Assembly (NCBI GenBank): GCA_964467655.1
Contig: CAYXSN010000005.1
Span: 16,920-80,919, forward strand
Origin: an uncultured Candidatus Saccharimonadales bacterium
GTDB taxonomy: Bacteria > Patescibacteriota > Saccharimonadia > UBA4664
DNA length: 64,000 nucleotides
Direction of reading: 5' to 3'
The notes under the pieces are model-generated. The model was not told where the DNA came from. It did not search any database and was given only the letters and a program-made list of their open reading frames with translations. Below, piece by piece: positions 61,102 to 64,000 of this stretch (its first letter is position 1; every line of letters starts with the position of its first letter). The translations under genes were made by a program, and so were the position numbers.

Positions 61102-62325
61102 ATGGATCGATACTGGCCACTAAGTAAGGTATATTTCCTTGGCCAACTAGCTTTATTCCCTGAGCGATTAACCAATCGCGAGCTCTCGCCGTACGATCTC
61201 GGCGACAATGCCACCACCGTGCTCCAAACCTTGCAGTCATATGTGAGCGAAGGACTCTTCCAACTTGAAATTAGATTTAGCCCCTCCTATATCAAACAAG
61301 AAGAAGCTCTAATCAAGATGTCGGCGGCAGTCACTCTTATAGGCAACTCTTCCACGGGGTATAAGCTCAGAGAAAAATATGGCCTGGGGCCAGCTTACGA
61401 AAGCGTCAAAGGTAACCACCCTCTAACCGAAGCCGAGCTCAAACACCTGCTTGGGCACCTACACAAGGAATGCGACACTTACCTACGATTCAAGATAATT
61501 GCGCTCGACCAAACCAAAGTTCAGGTAAGGCTCATCGAGTACCTCAATAAATTCCACGCCGGTGATTTAACAAGCGGGGGAGCGGAGGATGAGCCAGAGA
61601 GCTACGAAATCCAATTCATGCACTTGTTTAATGCCTTGAACAGGCAATACGAGTCCTTCCTCCATAAACCGGTGGTCAAGCTAACCGACATCTGGCTCGA
61701 TAAGTTTAAGCGATCACCCGCCAAAGCCCGATTTTGGGAATTGCTGTTTCTAGCGCACTTCAGTAACTCTATTAGGCTCATTAATATCGGGTATGAGGGT
61801 CGGTACCAAAGCAGTAAGTATACCGGCGCCAAAGCTTATACTTACGAGCACCCCACGCCCTTCGCCAAGCTAGAGATCCTGGAGCCGTTGAGGCAAAACA
61901 TACCGTACCAACCTCAGCAAGCCCAAAGCACGCCACCGGCAGCTACTGGCCAGACTCCACTCTTGGTTCTATCGGCCGATTCTGAAGACCGGCGGCTAGT
62001 TCTTAAAATTGGAGACGCCTACAAGCTCATCAGCAAGAGACGCTGCATTTACAAAAGCAACCCACATAAGCTACCCCAATGCATGGTAGCTAATAAGGGC
62101 CACGAGGTCGCCAGAGACCGGGCCGGTCTGCCCGGCAATCTCAAAATCAGCAATCTCGTTCAGGAGTTGGGCTTCACGGGGATAGTGCATTCAAAACTGC
62201 TCGCTGGCTGCGGTGCAGAAACGGTTACGCTCAAAGAAGATGCCTTGCTAAACCCAACCGAAGCCGATGAAATTCGCAAATCGTGTCAAGACCGGTTCGA
62301 CTTTATTCAGTTCAATCCCAACTAG
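61102..62325 (+). CDS. Hypothetical protein (407 aa)
   Basis: ORF downstream of motif copy 4; no recognised domain. Confidence 0.4.
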   Translation: MDRYWPLSKVYFLGQLALFPERLTNRELSPYDLGDNATTVLQTLQSYVSEGLFQLEIRFSPSYIKQEEALIKMSAAVTLIGNSSTGYKLREKYGLGPAYESVKGNHPLTEAELKHLLGHLHKECDTYLRFKIIALDQTKVQVRLIEYLNKFHAGDLTSGGAEDEPESYEIQFMHLFNALNRQYESFLHKPVVKLTDIWLDKFKRSPAKARFWELLFLAHFSNSIRLINIGYEGRYQSSKYTGAKAYTYEHPTPFAKLEILEPLRQNIPYQPQQAQSTPPAATGQTPLLVLSADSEDRRLVLKIGDAYKLISKRRCIYKSNPHKLPQCMVANKGHEVARDRAGLPGNLKISNLVQELGFTGIVHSKLLAGCGAETVTLKEDALLNPTEADEIRKSCQDRFDFIQFNPN

Positions 62326-62401
62326 AACTTAAGCTCAACAGCAAGAACCAGCGCTCAATCTCACTCGACGCCGACATGGCGTCCTTTTTTCGTTTTTATC
62401 C

Positions 62402-62677
62402 TTGGCCTATAAGCCAGAGGAACTAATGAGTATGAGACATAACGAACAATTTAATACGCAGGACATGGGCCTGGCGGTAGCGCTGGTTTGCAAAGACTTT
62501 GCACTGCAAGACCTTGGCCCATCCGCTGGTGGCTCACGGTATACATTCCACTTTGAGGCCACTCCAGGAATCGATGAAGCCGCCCAGGAATACTGGAACG
62601 GCAAACTAACGGTCGATGCCAAGCAGTTTTGGAACGAATCAAAGAACCTTAAAACGAGGCTCTATAGCCTTCGCTAA
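62402..62677 (+). CDS. Small hypothetical protein (prophage-region-like)
   Basis: 91-aa ORF. Confidence 0.3.
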   Translation: MAYKPEELMSMRHNEQFNTQDMGLAVALVCKDFALQDLGPSAGGSRYTFHFEATPGIDEAAQEYWNGKLTVDAKQFWNESKNLKTRLYSLR

Positions 62678-62681
62678 AACC

Positions 62682-62873
62682 ATGAGGCTTTCAGATGAGC
62701 AGCTAGCCAAATACCAGGAAGCACACCTAAAGGCGTTTGGTAAACCCATATCCAAAGAGAACGCCTTAGTACAAGGCCTGGCGTTACTCCAACTCGTGAA
62801 AGCCTCAACCCGAACCAAATCACCCAAAGATTACAAGGACAATGAAAATGACTCCCCGCAACGAAACACCTGA
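62682..62873 (+). CDS. Small hypothetical protein
   Basis: ATG 62682 (MRLSDEQLAKYQEAHLKAFG); overlaps primase start. Confidence 0.3.
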   Translation: MRLSDEQLAKYQEAHLKAFGKPISKENALVQGLALLQLVKASTRTKSPKDYKDNENDSPQRNT

Positions 62874-64000
62874 AAGCCTACTCACACGCAATAATATCCA
62901 ATACCGGGAGCGTAATGGTGAATTAATCATCGCCTGCCCCTTTAGCGACTGCGATGCCGACAGCCGTCCTGGCGAAGCTCATTGTTACATCAACGCAGAT
63001 ACTGGCCTCTTTGACTGCAAGAAATGCGGTGAGCGGGGGAATATCACAAAGCTATCCAATCACCTAAGCGGTGATAGCAACGGGCCGCGAGCCCAACAAT
63101 CAACAACCAAGAAGCCGCCCCAACTATCACCGGCAGCGATTGAACGGTACGCCGCCGCCATGCCCGACCATATTCGCACCTACCTAAACCAACGCGGCAT
63201 TAGCAACGAGGCAATCGAATCTCGCAAACTTGGCTACGGTGAACTCTACGGGTATCACTGGATAACCATTCCCGTACCAGACGAGAACGGGAAATGGGCC
63301 TTCCTAAAGCTACGCCGCGACCCCGAAGACGCTAAAAACCCAGCCAAGTACAAAAACTTCCCAACCGGTGCCAAGGCTGCAATTTATAATCAATCCGCTC
63401 TGAAGGACAGTGATGACATAGTGCTATGCGAGGGCGAATTTGACTGTCTGATGCTAGAAGCGAATGGCGTCCCAAGCATAACCTCGACCGCCGGTGCCGG
63501 AACATTTAAAGATGAGTGGTTCGACAAGCTAGAACGAGTTGAAAACATTTACCTCTGCTTTGATACCGACGAAGCAGGCGTTCGTGAAGCCAGCAATTTA
63601 TCCCGCCGCCTAGCCACAAAATTTCCAGATAAGCCAATCTACCGGATTTATCTCCCGGAACGCATGACTGACGGCAACGACATCACTGACTACTTCACCA
63701 AATATGAAGGCAACGTCGATGAGCTTATGTCCGAGTTGCCAAAACAAATCGCCGGACCAGAACCCACCGACCCAACTCTTTTCAACCCGCTCACCATAAA
63801 CGAACTTACCGATATTCTTGGGCTAACCATCAAAATGGATACGGAGAACAAGGCGGTCACATTCTTGTGCCAGCTAGCCGCCTACAGCGATTCGAGCCAA
63901 TTCAATATCAGCTTTAATGCCCCTTCCTCCACCGGCAAGAGCTATATCCCTACCGAAATTGCCCGCTTGTTCCCAGATACTGATGTACGGGAAATCGGCT
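62842..64000 (+). CDS. DNA primase (CHC2 zinc finger + TOPRIM) with downstream P-loop; 3' end beyond window
   Basis: ORF open to window end (absent from track because no stop); CPFSDCDADSRPGEAHCYINADTGLFDCKKCGERG zinc ribbon, IVLCEGEFDCLM...YLCFDTDEAG TOPRIM, then NAPSSTGKS Walker-A-like; AAGGA RBS. Confidence 0.7.
   Translation, partial: MKMTPRNETPESLLTRNNIQYRERNGELIIACPFSDCDADSRPGEAHCYINADTGLFDCKKCGERGNITKLSNHLSGDSNGPRAQQSTTKKPPQLSPAAIERYAAAMPDHIRTYLNQRGISNEAIESRKLGYGELYGYHWITIPVPDENGKWAFLKLRRDPEDAKNPAKYKNFPTGAKAAIYNQSALKDSDDIVLCEGEFDCLMLEANGVPSITSTAGAGTFKDEWFDKLERVENIYLCFDTDEAGVREASNLSRRLATKFPDKPIYRIYLPERMTDGNDITDYFTKYEGNVDELMSELPKQIAGPEPTDPTLFNPLTINELTDILGLTIKMDTENKAVTFLCQLAAYSDSSQFNISFNAPSSTGKSYIPTEIARLFPDTDVREIG

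Overview
This 64 kb window comes from a compact, gene-dense bacterial chromosome with about 50% GC and standard-code TGA stops. Its overall profile suggests a reduced-genome lineage such as Candidate Phyla Radiation/Saccharibacteria, though this is an inference.

The first 43 kb reads as mostly core and housekeeping content:
- Glycolysis: enolase followed by an overlapping phosphoglycerate mutase.
- PEP synthase and the MscL mechanosensitive channel.
- An ApbE flavin transferase.
- Three MacB/FtsX-type ABC pairs, one of them behind a PadR regulator with a perfect operator palindrome, and one ABC-2 pair.
- An orphan histidine kinase, a GT2 glycosyltransferase and a polysaccharide deacetylase.
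- Two secreted metallophosphoesterases.
- A tandem triplet of paralogous T4SS-pilin-like surface proteins with Pro/Thr-rich linkers.

From about 43 kb to the window end the content looks accessory, and four things stand out:
- A 2.3 kb insertion is bracketed by an intact RelE/antitoxin locus on one side and a deletion remnant of the same locus on the other. It carries a roughly 65% GC ORF plus a GC-rich terminator hairpin, which looks like horizontal transfer from a high-GC donor.
- A giant 2610-aa PA14 / FG-GAP / YD-repeat / RHS polymorphic-toxin gene is followed immediately by an array of small immunity-like genes, three of them paralogous.
- Four same-orientation copies of a 20-nt motif (CCACCAnnnAGCTCACTAT) sit in intergenic positions, three of them about 30-50 nt upstream of hypothetical genes. 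Its 3' half resembles the T7-class promoter core (CTCACTATA).
- An XRE repressor with operator palindromes, small prophage-like ORFs and a CHC2/TOPRIM primase with a P-loop run off the 3' edge. Together with a tRNA-3'-end-like fragment next to a perfect 17-bp hairpin at 46.5 kb, this suggests an integrated mobile element.

No rRNA, complete tRNA or CRISPR array is present. One probable frameshift (an ICMT-family methyltransferase) and one truncated gene fragment are noted.
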